From: an uncultured Algimonas sp.
Lineage (GTDB): Bacteria > Pseudomonadota > Alphaproteobacteria > Caulobacterales > Maricaulaceae
Reading direction: 5' to 3'
DNA length: 64,000 nt
Assembly (NCBI GenBank): GCA_964565335.1
Contig: CAZMEN010000001.1
Coordinates: 43,398-107,397 of the forward strand
Of this stretch, positions 1 to 11,153 are shown in pieces. Positions within the stretch are counted from its first letter, which is position 1. Every line of letters starts with the position of its first letter. The position numbers were made by a program, and so were the translations under genes. A model generated the notes under the pieces. The model made no database searches, was not told the origin of the DNA, and saw only the letters and a list, made by a program, of their open reading frames with translations.

Positions 1-97
1 GGAAGTCTAGGTTGATAGAGGCGGTAACTCAGTAAAATTTAGAAATAAGTCCCGTGAACATTGTCAATTATGAGGCTTTCATACATAGTCTCGGAGT

Positions 98-994
98 ATG
101 AAGCTCACTAAAATATTAGGCGTTGCAATAGCTCTGATAGCTTATGAAATTTCTCATGCTAAAGACGACACCCGCATAAAGTCTTCTTTAGAGATTCAAA
201 CCCAACAAAAAGATTTCATCTCCGCACTCATTGAGACAGCACCCTCACGCGGCACGCATAAGCAACGCGCACAAGCCGCCGACTTCCTACTCAAAAAACT
301 TAAGGAAGCCGGCTTGCCTGCTAAACGCCAAACCTATCAATATCCGAATATTCATGACCTATTGGATTTATTTGTCCCGCCCTATCGCGGGCAAAATATA
401 GTCTCGCACATTCCCGCCACACAGCCATCCGAGGAATATATCGTGATAGGCGCGCATTATGACACGGTATTAGACAGCCCCGGCGCGGATGATAATGCAT
501 CAGGTGTCGCGATTATATTTTCGCTCGGCCAAGCTTTGCTGGAATTAAAAGAAAGAGATGTAAATTTTTTGATCGTCTTCTTTGATCACGAGGAAGATGA
601 CGGTTCAGGCAGCAAAGCCTATCTGAGAACATTGCAAAAAGAAGGTCTCTCAATTATCTCAATGCATAATATTGATATGATTGGTTGGGATGGCGATAAA
701 GACAAAACCATAGAATTAGAATTCTCCACGGATAAGATGGAAAATATTTATCGTTCCGCCGCCACGGCGCACGGCGTAACGATAACACCTGTCACCTATA
801 ATTCTTCGGACCATATTCCATTTCGCCAGGCAGGCATTGAAGTCGTTTGTATGTCAGAGGAATATAATAGCGGTGACTCAACCCCTCATTATCACAAAGC
901 TACAGACACAATAGAGACTTTAGACTTTGAATATTTAGCCTCTACCACCTTGATTCTAACGGACGTCATGACATCACTGGCGAGGCAAGATTGA
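98..994 (+). CDS. M28 family metallopeptidase, secreted
   Basis: Signal-peptide-like N-terminus; M28 motifs IGAHYDT, PGADDNASG, DHEED, SDH and YH. Confidence 0.85.
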   Translation: MKLTKILGVAIALIAYEISHAKDDTRIKSSLEIQTQQKDFISALIETAPSRGTHKQRAQAADFLLKKLKEAGLPAKRQTYQYPNIHDLLDLFVPPYRGQNIVSHIPATQPSEEYIVIGAHYDTVLDSPGADDNASGVAIIFSLGQALLELKERDVNFLIVFFDHEEDDGSGSKAYLRTLQKEGLSIISMHNIDMIGWDGDKDKTIELEFSTDKMENIYRSAATAHGVTITPVTYNSSDHIPFRQAGIEVVCMSEEYNSGDSTPHYHKATDTIETLDFEYLASTTLILTDVMTSLARQD

Positions 995-1386
995 ACGCCT
1001 TAAAGGAAACATCACCGCGCATAATCTGGAGTGTATTGCTCATCTGGCTTGTCTATTTTTCAGCCAGAGGCGTACAGTTTGCATTTATCGACTCTTATGC
1101 CCCTCTTATATTTTCAGGGTTCTTAGGCCTGATAACAATCGCCGCCTATGTGATGAAAGGCAGAGCGAGAAGAAAGGCGATTAAACTCTTCGGACTCATC
1201 TTAATACTATATAGTATTATAAAAGCTTCACTTGGCCTGTTACTAAAGTTTGCCCCTGTTAATTCGGTGCATGCCAGCGAAAGTGCATCTATTGCCTACT
1301 TCCTTCTGACAGGTCTAATTCTTACCGGCGGCCTCTACCTCTTTAAAGTCAAAATGGACGATCAAGAAAAAGGCGTCGCGAGATAG
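991..1386 (+). CDS. Hypothetical membrane protein (about 4 TM segments)
   Basis: Four hydrophobic stretches; the TTG start overlaps the upstream TGA stop (TTGA). Confidence 0.65.
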   Translation: MNALKETSPRIIWSVLLIWLVYFSARGVQFAFIDSYAPLIFSGFLGLITIAAYVMKGRARRKAIKLFGLILILYSIIKASLGLLLKFAPVNSVHASESASIAYFLLTGLILTGGLYLFKVKMDDQEKGVAR

Positions 1387-1539
1387 TTTAGAAACCATCC
1401 ATCACGCCCCTCAACAAGCAGGAATAAAGCAGACATTAGCAAGTGTTTTACTTGGAGCGACTTTAAGACATTCAATTTAGATGATAACTCGTGAACCAGT
1501 TATAATTTTTGACGTGTTCTGCAATTTTCTAAAGAAGCA

Positions 1540-2796
1540 TTACTTAGCCCCTCTCTTTACCAAAGCCATTGAGCCTGGCCCTGCGCCTGTGCGCAGCACA
1601 TATGAGCTTTTGATCAGAGCAAACCCATCGATCTCATAAACGCTGATATGACCAGCTGTGGTTGATTGCACAAACAGCATTGACCCATCGGGGCTGAACT
1701 CTACACCTTGGGGTGAAAAATCGACCGGCAGGTAGGAAAGAACCCGCATAGATTTCGACGTAAGATCAATTACTGCCAAGTGCCCGATATAGGGGCCGTC
1801 GAGACAGGTGATCACAGCGAAACGTCCGCTTGGATGAAAGGCGACACTCTCCAGTCCTTGCGCCAGATCTGGAATCGCGTCTGTGACTTCAGGGGGTGTT
1901 GCTGTCATATCGATGCTAAGGACAGCGTCGAGCGGCTGTTTAGCCACGATGCCGAGCCCATTTAAAACAAGGACACGCTTGCCGTCCGGGCTGAAACGCG
2001 GCGCAAAGGGCTGGTCTATTTCGCCAATATCGGGGGCAATACCAATCTCAGACACATGGGTGATGGTATTTTCTGTCAGCGTGAAAAGATGCAGCGCCAC
2101 GGGCGTTGTATAATCAAGTCGCTCTGCCGCCGTTGCAATGATAGCGCGTCCATCGGGGCTGACTGCGAAGGATGTAAAGTGGCGCGGGAATGGATCACTT
2201 TCTGAGATCAGAGTCGGCTCTCCATCATCCATTGAGAAAAGATGGAATTGACGATCGCTTATCGCGATGACTCGTCTATCATCAGGATGGGCCATGACCT
2301 GCCAAGCATGATACGGCAAGTCGAAGGTTTGAATGATTGAAAGGTCGTCTGCATCCAAATCAACGACAGCAACCTGGTTTGGCTCGTCTTTGGCACCGAC
2401 ACTTGCTCCAAATGGATGGTTGGCGATAAAAGCATAACGTCCTGCCGATATAACAGCGCCATAGGGCGCGCCAGCAAATGTGTTTGGTGCTGCATCTTGG
2501 ACTGTTCGTGTTACGGGCGGCGCGTCGGGCATAAGATCAATAACGGTGACTGAATCTGGAAATTTGCGCTCTCCACCCCACACCGAAGCAAGCGCATCCC
2601 CATCATTAACACTTACAATGCGCAGCGGCGTAGCGGATGTGATGTAAGGGTTAGTGGACTCTCTACCCATCTCTGGTGCGGTGCAAGCGACACAGAGCAG
2701 AGCGATAGTTAAGGTCAAAAAAAGCAATATACGCCGCGTGCCAAATGACAACCAGTTCTGGTCTTCGATGTGTTTAATATTGCTGCGAAGTAACAT
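1540..2796 (-). CDS. Beta-propeller lipoprotein (lactonase/YncE-like)
   Basis: Repeated SPDG/HPSG/FSPDG blade motifs; hydrophobic signal ending in LCVAC. Start may be slightly downstream. Confidence 0.65.
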   Translation of the reverse strand: MLLRSNIKHIEDQNWLSFGTRRILLFLTLTIALLCVACTAPEMGRESTNPYITSATPLRIVSVNDGDALASVWGGERKFPDSVTVIDLMPDAPPVTRTVQDAAPNTFAGAPYGAVISAGRYAFIANHPFGASVGAKDEPNQVAVVDLDADDLSIIQTFDLPYHAWQVMAHPDDRRVIAISDRQFHLFSMDDGEPTLISESDPFPRHFTSFAVSPDGRAIIATAAERLDYTTPVALHLFTLTENTITHVSEIGIAPDIGEIDQPFAPRFSPDGKRVLVLNGLGIVAKQPLDAVLSIDMTATPPEVTDAIPDLAQGLESVAFHPSGRFAVITCLDGPYIGHLAVIDLTSKSMRVLSYLPVDFSPQGVEFSPDGSMLFVQSTTAGHISVYEIDGFALIKSSYVLRTGAGPGSMALVKRGAK

Positions 2797-2964
2797 GATG
2801 CGCGCCTAATCCCTTAAAGCGAACATAGCGTTTTCCGTATTTCTGTCTAGGGATGGTTCAGCATCCTTCTTTGAGCACTTTAAGCCCCTCAGCTAATATC
2901 CGTCATGGGGAGCAATGCGTCATCCGACACACTTCGCCGCTATCCAAAACGCCCCTAAAACCAC

Positions 2965-4632
2965 TCACAAAACCCCCGGTAAGTTCAACCCCTTCTCTGC
3001 CGCACACTCTTTCGCAATCTCATATCCTGCATCGGCGTGGCGCATGACGCCTGTGGCGGGATCATTCCAGAGCACGCGGTCTAACCGCCGCGCGGCATCG
3101 TCTGTGCCGTCAGCGACGACGACCATGCCCGAATGTTGAGAGAAACCCATGCCGACACCGCCGCCGTGATGGAGGCTCACCCATGTAGCGCCTGACGCGG
3201 TATTCAGCAGCGCATTTAATAAGGGCCAATCCGAGACAGCATCCGATCCATCTTTCATGGCTTCGGTTTCGCGGTTCGGGCTTGCCACAGAACCGCTATC
3301 CAAATGATCGCGCCCAATCACGACGGGCGCTTTCAATTCGCCGCTTTTGACCATTTCATTAAAGGCCAAACCCAAACGATGGCGGTCACCCAGACCAACC
3401 CAACAGATACGCGCGGGTAGGCCTTGGAAGGCAATGCGGTCTCGCGCCATGTCGAGCCAATTATGAAGATGGGCGTCATTAGGCAAAAGCTCTTTTACCT
3501 TGGCATCTGTTTTATAAATGTCTTCGGGGTCACCGGATAACGCCACCCAACGGAACGGGCCTATACCACGGCAGAAAAGCGGGCGGATATAGGCGGGGAC
3601 AAAACCCGGAAAATCAAAGGCGTTTTCCAGCCCCTCATCTTTGGCAACCTGCCGAATATTATTACCATAATCCAGCGTCGGCACGCCTTGGTGCCAGAAA
3701 TCGAGCATGGCTTGGACTTGAACCCTCATCGATTTTCGCGCCGCTTTCTCGACAGCCTTTGGATCCGCCTCGCGCTTGTCTTTCCACTCGGCCATGGACC
3801 ACCCCAGAGGGAGATAGCCATTAACAGGGTCATGAGCCGAGGTCTGGTCAGTCACCATATCGGGGCGTACACCACGCTTGACCAGGTCAGGAAAAATCTC
3901 TGCCGCATTTCCGCAAAGCCCCACAGATTTCGCCTCCCCCGCTTTCGTCCATGTCTCAATAAGGGCGAGCGCCTCATCCAAGGTGTCGGCCTTCTCATCC
4001 ACATAACGGGTCCTCAGGCGGAAATCGATGCTTTCGGGATTACATTCCACGGCGAGGCAACACGCCCCCGCCATGACGGCCGCGAGCGGCTGTGCGCCGC
4101 CCATACCGCCTAGACCGCCCGTTAAAATCCATTTGCCTGTTAGGTCACCATTATAGTGTTTACGGCCTGCTTCGACAAAGGTCTCATAGGTACCCTGCAC
4201 GATACCTTGCGTCCCAATATAAATCCAAGATCCTGCTGTCATCTGGCCATACATCATCAATCCGGCCTTATCGAGGTCATTAAAATGATCCCAATTCGCC
4301 CAGTTAGGAACAAGGTTTGAATTGGCAATTAAAACGCGCGGCGCGTCTTTATGGGTTCTGAAAACACCAACAGGCTTGCCCGATTGCACCAAGAGCGTTT
4401 CGTCCTCGGTGAGGGTTTTGAGGCTTGCCGTAATACGGTCAAAATCTTCCCATGTGCGGGCGGCTCGGCCAATGCCGCCATAGACCACTAATTCGTCAGG
4501 GTTCTCCGCAACCTCTCTGTCGAGATTATTTTGCAACATGCGAAACGGCGCTTCGGTTGTCCAGCTAAGGCAGTTGAGCTCTGCGCCTATCGGGCTTTTC
4601 ACATCGCGTCTGTTTTTTAAAAATCGTGTCAT
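2965..4632 (-). CDS. hutU: Urocanate hydratase
   Basis: [39 protein letters not shown] and [18 protein letters not shown] motifs. Confidence 0.98.
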   Translation of the reverse strand: MTRFLKNRRDVKSPIGAELNCLSWTTEAPFRMLQNNLDREVAENPDELVVYGGIGRAARTWEDFDRITASLKTLTEDETLLVQSGKPVGVFRTHKDAPRVLIANSNLVPNWANWDHFNDLDKAGLMMYGQMTAGSWIYIGTQGIVQGTYETFVEAGRKHYNGDLTGKWILTGGLGGMGGAQPLAAVMAGACCLAVECNPESIDFRLRTRYVDEKADTLDEALALIETWTKAGEAKSVGLCGNAAEIFPDLVKRGVRPDMVTDQTSAHDPVNGYLPLGWSMAEWKDKREADPKAVEKAARKSMRVQVQAMLDFWHQGVPTLDYGNNIRQVAKDEGLENAFDFPGFVPAYIRPLFCRGIGPFRWVALSGDPEDIYKTDAKVKELLPNDAHLHNWLDMARDRIAFQGLPARICWVGLGDRHRLGLAFNEMVKSGELKAPVVIGRDHLDSGSVASPNRETEAMKDGSDAVSDWPLLNALLNTASGATWVSLHHGGGVGMGFSQHSGMVVVADGTDDAARRLDRVLWNDPATGVMRHADAGYEIAKECAAEKGLNLPGVL

Positions 4633-4672
4633 AGCGTTCTCTTAAAGGAGATTAAATATTTAAAGTGACGAC

Positions 4673-6202
4673 TTAAAAGCTAAGGCGATCAGCCGCGCCG
4701 CCAATGCCGTCGAAATTCGGATCACGCATCAGGGCCGCCAAATTTTCAATATCCGGACTGACAATGCGGTCTTCGGTCAAATGCGGGCAAACCGCGCGGA
4801 GTTGGTCGATTACATTTTGCAGAGGCGCACTAGTTTTAAGCGGCGCGCGGAGCTCTATGCCTTGTGCGGCGGCCATGGCTTCGACGGCTAAAATGCCAGA
4901 CAGGTTCTCATGCATTTCCAATAAGCGCCGCGCCCCGTGACAGGCCATAGAGACATGGTCTTCTTGGTTGGCAGACGTCGGTGTGGAATCTACAGAGCGC
5001 GGATTGGCCAGCGCCTTGTTCTCGCTCATCAATGCCGCAGAGGTGACTTCTGCAATCATCAATCCAGATTTCAAACCGGGATCAGGCGCCAGGAATGCGG
5101 GGAGGCCAAAGCTCAAAGCCGGGTCGACCAAAAGCGCGACACGGCGCTGCGCGATACAGCCAATTTCCGAAATCGCAATCGCCGCCAAATCCGCCGTCAA
5201 TGCCACAGGTTCAGCATGGAAGTTCCCGCCCGAGACTATTTTCCCGTCCGATAATACGAGCGGGTTATCCGTCGCCGCATTGGCTTCGATTTCCAACGTC
5301 CGCGCGACATGGCGAAGCTGGTCAAGACACGCCCCAATAACTTGCGGGGCACAGCGTAGGCAATATGGGTCTTGAACGCGCTCATCCTCTTCGCGGTGAC
5401 TGTCGCGTATTTCCGACCCCTGCAACAAATCGCGGAGCCTTTGCGCGCTTTCAATTTGGCCCTGATGGCCTCGCAGCTTGTGAATTTCAGGGTGGAACGG
5501 CGCACTTGACCCCATAGCGGCATCAATCGATAGCGCCGCCGTTGTCAGAGAGAGTTCGGCCAAATGCCACGCGTCAAACAAACCAATCAAGGCCAAAGCC
5601 GTCGAGGCTTGCGTGCCGTTTAGTAATGCCAAACCTTCTTTGGCATGGAGTTCCACAGGCTCTAATCCAGCTTTGCGCAAGGCTTCGCCTGCCTCCACTC
5701 TCTCGCCTTTATAAAAAGCCTCCCCGTCTCCGATAAGTGTCGCCGACATGTGGGCCAAGGGCGCTAAATCACCTGAGGCGCCGACGGAACCTTTTTCAGG
5801 AATCAAGGGAATGACATCTGCTTTCAGTAAATTCTGTAAGGCCGTAATGACTTCGGGCCTAACGCCGGAGGCCCCCCGCCCCAGAGATAAACATTTCAAA
5901 GCAATGATGAGGCGCACAACGGGTTCCGGTAAAGCCTTGCCAAAGCCTGCGCTGTGAGAACGCACAAGATTGCGCTGCAAATCTTTAAGCTTATCATCTT
6001 CAATTCGCACAGAGGCGAGTTTGCCAAACCCCGTATTCACACCATAAATTGCGTCGCCCGTCTGGATGGCGGCATTAAGGCGGCCTGCGCTTTGGGTGAC
6101 TGCGGCAAAGGCCGACGGGGCGATGTCGAAACTCTCCCCTGAACGGTAAAAGGCTTCGAGATCTGACAGCCCTGCTTGCCCCGGTGTGAAAGTGAAACTC
6201 AT
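4673..6202 (-). CDS. hutH: Histidine ammonia-lyase
   Basis: YGVNTGFG and [14 protein letters not shown] (MIO-forming ASG) motifs; start moved to ATG 6202, which overlaps the hutI stop (ATGA). Confidence 0.97.
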   Translation of the reverse strand: MSFTFTPGQAGLSDLEAFYRSGESFDIAPSAFAAVTQSAGRLNAAIQTGDAIYGVNTGFGKLASVRIEDDKLKDLQRNLVRSHSAGFGKALPEPVVRLIIALKCLSLGRGASGVRPEVITALQNLLKADVIPLIPEKGSVGASGDLAPLAHMSATLIGDGEAFYKGERVEAGEALRKAGLEPVELHAKEGLALLNGTQASTALALIGLFDAWHLAELSLTTAALSIDAAMGSSAPFHPEIHKLRGHQGQIESAQRLRDLLQGSEIRDSHREEDERVQDPYCLRCAPQVIGACLDQLRHVARTLEIEANAATDNPLVLSDGKIVSGGNFHAEPVALTADLAAIAISEIGCIAQRRVALLVDPALSFGLPAFLAPDPGLKSGLMIAEVTSAALMSENKALANPRSVDSTPTSANQEDHVSMACHGARRLLEMHENLSGILAVEAMAAAQGIELRAPLKTSAPLQNVIDQLRAVCPHLTEDRIVSPDIENLAALMRDPNFDGIGGAADRLSF

Positions 6203-7413
6203 AAAGTATCCCCTAACGATAGGCGGCCATGCAGAGGAGAAGCGCCCATCCAATAGCTAAGTTCTGACGGATGAGCGGCATCCCAGACGGCCAAATCAGA
6301 ACGAAAACCTTTGCGTAATTGGCCGTGCTGTGTCCCTAACCCCAAGGCTTTCGCCGCGTGACGTGTTACCCCCGCCAAGGTTTCTTCTGGTGTCAAGCCG
6401 AACAGGGTGCAGCCCATATTCATGGCCATTAATAAGGAGCACAAAGGCGAGCTGCCCGGATTGCAATCCGTCGCCAAAGCCATGGGCACATCATGTTTAC
6501 GCAAGGCCTCAATCGGCGGGAGTTGTATCTCGCCCAGCGTATAAAATGCACCCGGTAATAAAACGGCCACCGTTGCGCTTTGCGCAAAAACAGGCACATC
6601 ACCGGGGTTTAAATATTCCAAGTGATCGGCAGAGAGGCCGTCATAGGCGGCGGCCAATAGAGCCCCTTTTTGGTCGGAGAGTTGTTCGGCATGGAGTTTG
6701 ACGGGCAGACCCAATTCTTTTGCTACATCAAAAATGCGTCGCATCTGCTCCGTCGAAAAACCAATGCTTTCACAGAACCCATCCACCGCATCGACGAGGC
6801 CCTCTGAGTGAGCTTGTCGCAGACCCGCAATGACCACCTCATCAATATAACGGTCAGCCTCACCTTTATACTCAGGCGGCAGAGCATGCGCAGCGAGCCA
6901 TGTTGTTTTGATGACAACATTGCGTCTCTCACCAATCTTACGGGCAATACGCAACATCCTTATTTCATGCTCAATCGACAAGCCGTAGCCTGATTTAATC
7001 TCAATCACGCCTACACCATCGCAAAGCAGCACATCAACACGGCGCAATGCTTGGCGCAACAAGCCTTCATCAGACGCCGTCCGCGTGTCGCGCATGGTGG
7101 ACAAGATTCCGCCGCCCGCTTTCGCAATCTCCGCGTAACTCGCCCCGTTCAGTCGCATTTCAAATTCTTTGGCGCGGTTTCCCCCGAATATAATATGAGT
7201 ATGGCAATCTAACAAAGCCGGCGTCACCAAACGCCCGCCAAGGGATTGTTTAGGCGTATCCGAGAACGCGTGGGGCAGATCATCCATCGGGCCCACCCAT
7301 AGAATTTCGTCTACATTGGCCACGAGCGCGCCATTTTCTATCAAACCATAGGGCTCAATTCCTGCTACCATCGTGGCGAATATGCCCTCATGATATAAAA
7401 CTCTATCCGTCAT
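6199..7413 (-). CDS. hutI: Imidazolonepropionase
   Basis: [23 protein letters not shown] and [10 protein letters not shown] motifs; ATG 7413 follows a GGAGGG Shine-Dalgarno. Confidence 0.96.
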   Translation of the reverse strand: MTDRVLYHEGIFATMVAGIEPYGLIENGALVANVDEILWVGPMDDLPHAFSDTPKQSLGGRLVTPALLDCHTHIIFGGNRAKEFEMRLNGASYAEIAKAGGGILSTMRDTRTASDEGLLRQALRRVDVLLCDGVGVIEIKSGYGLSIEHEIRMLRIARKIGERRNVVIKTTWLAAHALPPEYKGEADRYIDEVVIAGLRQAHSEGLVDAVDGFCESIGFSTEQMRRIFDVAKELGLPVKLHAEQLSDQKGALLAAAYDGLSADHLEYLNPGDVPVFAQSATVAVLLPGAFYTLGEIQLPPIEALRKHDVPMALATDCNPGSSPLCSLLMAMNMGCTLFGLTPEETLAGVTRHAAKALGLGTQHGQLRKGFRSDLAVWDAAHPSELSYWMGASPLHGRLSLGDTL

Positions 7414-7475
7414 AGCCCTCCACGGCTTTTCTGATTTATGGCCTTTTGAATTGCTATCGCCCGCCACATCATTTA

Positions 7476-7489
7476 TATGTATGCACATA
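7476..7489. promoter_or_regulatory. Putative HutC operator
   Basis: Palindrome TATGT-ATGC-ACATA between the divergent hutI and hutC genes; resembles the TGTA-N2-TACA HutC core. Confidence 0.7.
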
Positions 7490-7511
7490 ATAATGAATTG
7501 AGGCAAGCCTA

Positions 7512-8207
7512 ATGGCGACGCATTCGCATCACGATATTCGACAATCCTTGCTCTCCCGCATCCAATCCGGAGAGTGGCCTTTGGGCAGTCTTATTCCCGG
7601 AGAGATGCAACTGGCGGAAGATTATGGATGCGCAAGGGCGACCGTGAACCGCGCTCTCCGTACCCTCGCCGAAGACGGCCTTGTCATTCGCAAGCGAAAA
7701 GGCGGTACGCGTATTCGGGCTAACCCTGTCCGCGCGGCCAAACTCACCATCCCGATTATTCGTGAACAAGTCGAAGCCAGAGGCCAGAGTTACACTTTCA
7801 AAAATCTGCAAACCTATGAAGCCGACCCGCCTCCCGCAATCCAAGAAAGGCTGCGCCTAACAAAGACGGACAATGTGCTTTATGTCGAAACGCTACATTT
7901 CGCAGACGACGCAGTTTTTGCTCTAGAGAACAGGTGGCTCAACCAAAACGCTATTTCGCAATTTGGAGACCTCCCTGACGAAAATGGCCTCAGCTTGAAC
8001 GAGTGGCTCGTCAAAACCGTCCCCTTTTCCAACGGCGATATGCGCTTTTCCGCTATGCAAGCAGACGCCGCGACAGCAACAATTATGGGTGTAAGCCTAG
8101 GCGAAGCGCTCTTTGCAATTGACCGAACAACTTGGTCGGATGAGGCGTTTATTACGACGACGCAGCTCCTGCACGCTCCCGGTTTTGACGTTTATTTACA
8201 GGTTTAA
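7512..8207 (+). CDS. hutC: Histidine utilization repressor (GntR HTH plus UTRA)
   Basis: GntR HTH (IPGEMQLAEDYGCARATVNRAL); C-terminal UTRA-like domain; hut context. Confidence 0.88.
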   Translation: MATHSHHDIRQSLLSRIQSGEWPLGSLIPGEMQLAEDYGCARATVNRALRTLAEDGLVIRKRKGGTRIRANPVRAAKLTIPIIREQVEARGQSYTFKNLQTYEADPPPAIQERLRLTKTDNVLYVETLHFADDAVFALENRWLNQNAISQFGDLPDENGLSLNEWLVKTVPFSNGDMRFSAMQADAATATIMGVSLGEALFAIDRTTWSDEAFITTTQLLHAPGFDVYLQV

Positions 8208-8222
8208 ATCAAGGTTACACTG

Positions 8223-9167
8223 ATGTCCGTTTTTCATACGCCTGCCCAAAAAATGACCGGCCGTGATGATATCGAGGACGGACCCTTGGCCAAACGTGTT
8301 TATCACTTCGCTCAGCCAGAAGAGGCCGGGCATGAAACCGAAATCGCCCTGATGGGCTTTGCCTGCGATGCAGGCGTGAACCGCAATAAAGGACGCATCG
8401 GCGCCAAAGCAGCCCCGGCCGCAATCCGCAAAGCGCTTGCGAACCTTGCCGCGCCAGAAAGCTTCAGCGTATTCACAGATTGGGGCGACATAACGGTAGA
8501 GGGCAATGATTTAGAAGAAGGGCAAGCGCTCTACGCCGAGCATCTGAGCGCTGCTTTAAAAATCCACAAACGCGTCGTCGTTCTAGGCGGCGGACATGAA
8601 ACAGCTTATGGTAGTTTTTGCGGGTTACGCGCTGCTTACCCCAAGGCTTCCATCGGGATAATTAATCTAGATGCGCATCTGGATTTACGGAATATCGGCG
8701 CGGACGGCCCGTCTTCAGGCACTCCGTTCAATCAAATCCGTACCATGGAAAAAGGCAACTTTGATTACCTTTGTATCGGCGCGGCGCGCGAGGCCAACAC
8801 GCAAGCCCTCTTTGCTCGCGCCAAAGAGTGGGGCGTGAATGTTGTGTTTGATACAGAGCTTGCCAAAGACCCAAATTGCGCGGCGCAGAAAATCACGCAC
8901 CTTTTTAAACGTAACGACATAATTTATTTGACTATAGACATAGACCTGCTCCCGCATTTCCATGCCCCCGGCGTCAGCGCCCCCGCCGCCCGCGGCGTCC
9001 CTCTCTCCACAGTCGAATTAATTCTTCATCAAATTAAAAGCGCCGCCAAAGACACCCAAACGCCAATACCAATAGCCGACATAGTCGAAGTCTCTCCACC
9101 TCATGACCGAAATGGGATGACGGCAAAGACCGCGGCGGTGTTGGCGCTTGGGTTGATGATTGGGTAA
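8223..9167 (+). CDS. hutG: Formimidoylglutamase (arginase family)
   Basis: GVNRNKGRIGA, GGGHETAYG, NLDAHLDLR and TIDIDLL...APGVSAPA motifs. Confidence 0.93.
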   Translation: MSVFHTPAQKMTGRDDIEDGPLAKRVYHFAQPEEAGHETEIALMGFACDAGVNRNKGRIGAKAAPAAIRKALANLAAPESFSVFTDWGDITVEGNDLEEGQALYAEHLSAALKIHKRVVVLGGGHETAYGSFCGLRAAYPKASIGIINLDAHLDLRNIGADGPSSGTPFNQIRTMEKGNFDYLCIGAAREANTQALFARAKEWGVNVVFDTELAKDPNCAAQKITHLFKRNDIIYLTIDIDLLPHFHAPGVSAPAARGVPLSTVELILHQIKSAAKDTQTPIPIADIVEVSPPHDRNGMTAKTAAVLALGLMIG

Positions 9168-9511
9168 CTGGCTACCTGCCCCAAATATCATCATTTTTAA
9201 TTTTTAATCTGGCATTCAATTATAATACGTCAAAACCTACGACTTTATATCGTTAGCAGGCCTCTAGAAACCACGCGGACATGACGGTTTTCTAGGGTTG
9301 TAGGATAGTGCCACTTTGGATTCACCGTATAAAAGTTACTGAAAAAGTAGCGCTCAATCGCGGAGGTAGGGGGTGTTGCACTCTTTGCAAATTAGCAAAA
9401 ACGGTTCTAAGGCTGATTAAAATAATTTCAAAATCAGCTTGATGAGCGAATGACCTAAGTGGTAGCAAGAATGCTTTTTTCATAAAAGTGACGTTGAACT
9501 TGGAATAAAAA

Positions 9512-11050
9512 ATGCTCTTAAAAAATACATTGCCGCCCACTTATGAGAGTTGTTTGTTATCCGTGACTAACGGAAAGGCCAAACATGACCGGTCGTTCGA
9601 TGCAATTTTCCGAGCGCTTAACCCTGCCCGCGTAACATCTATTACTGATGAAATGCGGAAGGCGCTTTGGTCAATTGAATCTCAAGGATCCGATGGATGG
9701 TGGATGGAGTCAAAAAACATAGTCAAGCCGATACTCAAATCAATCGAGGAACGTCCTGAAATTTCGGCATTGTTTTCTGTATCATGGAACGGATATGTAC
9801 GTGAAAAGGCTGTGAGGGAATGGCCTCGCGTAAACACTTCTTTTGAACTCGCTCTTCTCCTTATTCGACTAAATGATTGGGTTGAACAAGTCCGTCTAGC
9901 CGCAACTCTCAAACTTGAAACTTTTATAGCCATGCCCGTTAGCAAGAGCGGTTTAACCCAAGAAATAGTCCTTGGATGCATGGACCTTATTTTAAGTACG
10001 GAGCGTTTTGGTCGAAGCAAAGAGATAGAATTTCGAGTTCTAAATCAACTGTTGAACATGAATGAGATGCCATACGCCCTCGCTAACTACATCACTTATA
10101 ATGCCCTCGACCATGCCCCAAGATACCTGAAACATGGGCTTAAAAGAGGCATTCTTGTTGACGCGTTGCCAGACATGGCAACTAAAGGCGAGCACCCAGA
10201 GGTTCGACGAATAGCGACCCACGCATTGCTAACTGGCGAATATTATTGGAAACAGAACGGCAGTATACACAAGAAAGAAATTGACCTAAAAATCAACAAA
10301 ACAAAACTTGCTGCAACGGCCTTGCTTGATAAAACACCTACAGTTAAGTGCGTAGCCCTTGGCTACATTTCCCATTACAAACCCACAGATTTGCATACCG
10401 AAGAGACCTACAGGAGCCATGTAGCGGATAAGCGTTTTTCAGTCGTCGAGCGCGCAATTTACGGCTTAAAGACGCTCGGCATCAACTATGTAAATCAAGT
10501 CCGCCAGCAGATTAGTATGGGAGAGATATCGAAACGCGCGTTGGAGATACTCGGAAGATATGGGACGGTAGAAGATGGAAAACTGATATTCGGTCAACTG
10601 AAAAAAGTATCAGAAAACAACAAAATATCAGCTCTAGGGGCCGCCTCGAAACTTGGAAACAGACAAGCACAGGACGCCTTGCAAGAAATAGCTTTCGGAC
10701 AAAACTGCGATGAGGCCCGTAAAGCTTCCCATAAGTTATCCAAGATAGATTACAGCCCTGATATACGCTTAGTTTTGAATGCGATACGAAGCGACAAAGA
10801 CGTAATCAAGCGTGGTAATATACGTTTATTTCCAAAGCTGACGACTATGAAATTAGCTCTAGCATTATCCGAGCTCGAGGCTTCGCCAAGGGAGGTCGAT
10901 AGCCTGAACCTTTGGCAACTCCTTAGGAGAAAAAGGAATACTGGCGCGTTTTTACCGTCGGACAAGGAAATAGTTGCGCTCAAGAACAGCGTCGATAAAA
11001 CCCCCTTTCTTAAGGAGGAGTTTTACAAAACGCTTGGGATAAAACTCTAA
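9512..11050 (+). CDS. Hypothetical HEAT/ARM-like repeat protein
   Basis: 512-aa ORF with helical repeats (NGYVREKAV, LLLIRLNDWVEQVRLAA, HPEVRRIA, PTVKCVAL, FSVVERA). Confidence 0.6.
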   Translation: MLLKNTLPPTYESCLLSVTNGKAKHDRSFDAIFRALNPARVTSITDEMRKALWSIESQGSDGWWMESKNIVKPILKSIEERPEISALFSVSWNGYVREKAVREWPRVNTSFELALLLIRLNDWVEQVRLAATLKLETFIAMPVSKSGLTQEIVLGCMDLILSTERFGRSKEIEFRVLNQLLNMNEMPYALANYITYNALDHAPRYLKHGLKRGILVDALPDMATKGEHPEVRRIATHALLTGEYYWKQNGSIHKKEIDLKINKTKLAATALLDKTPTVKCVALGYISHYKPTDLHTEETYRSHVADKRFSVVERAIYGLKTLGINYVNQVRQQISMGEISKRALEILGRYGTVEDGKLIFGQLKKVSENNKISALGAASKLGNRQAQDALQEIAFGQNCDEARKASHKLSKIDYSPDIRLVLNAIRSDKDVIKRGNIRLFPKLTTMKLALALSELEASPREVDSLNLWQLLRRKRNTGAFLPSDKEIVALKNSVDKTPFLKEEFYKTLGIKL

Positions 11051-11153
11051 CGTGAGGTATTTATAAGCCCCTTAATCATTAGATGGACAATCCTAAATGT
11101 TGATTTTGCGAAGATGAAGGTCCAAAATTCCGCCTAAAACGGTAGGCTCATAC

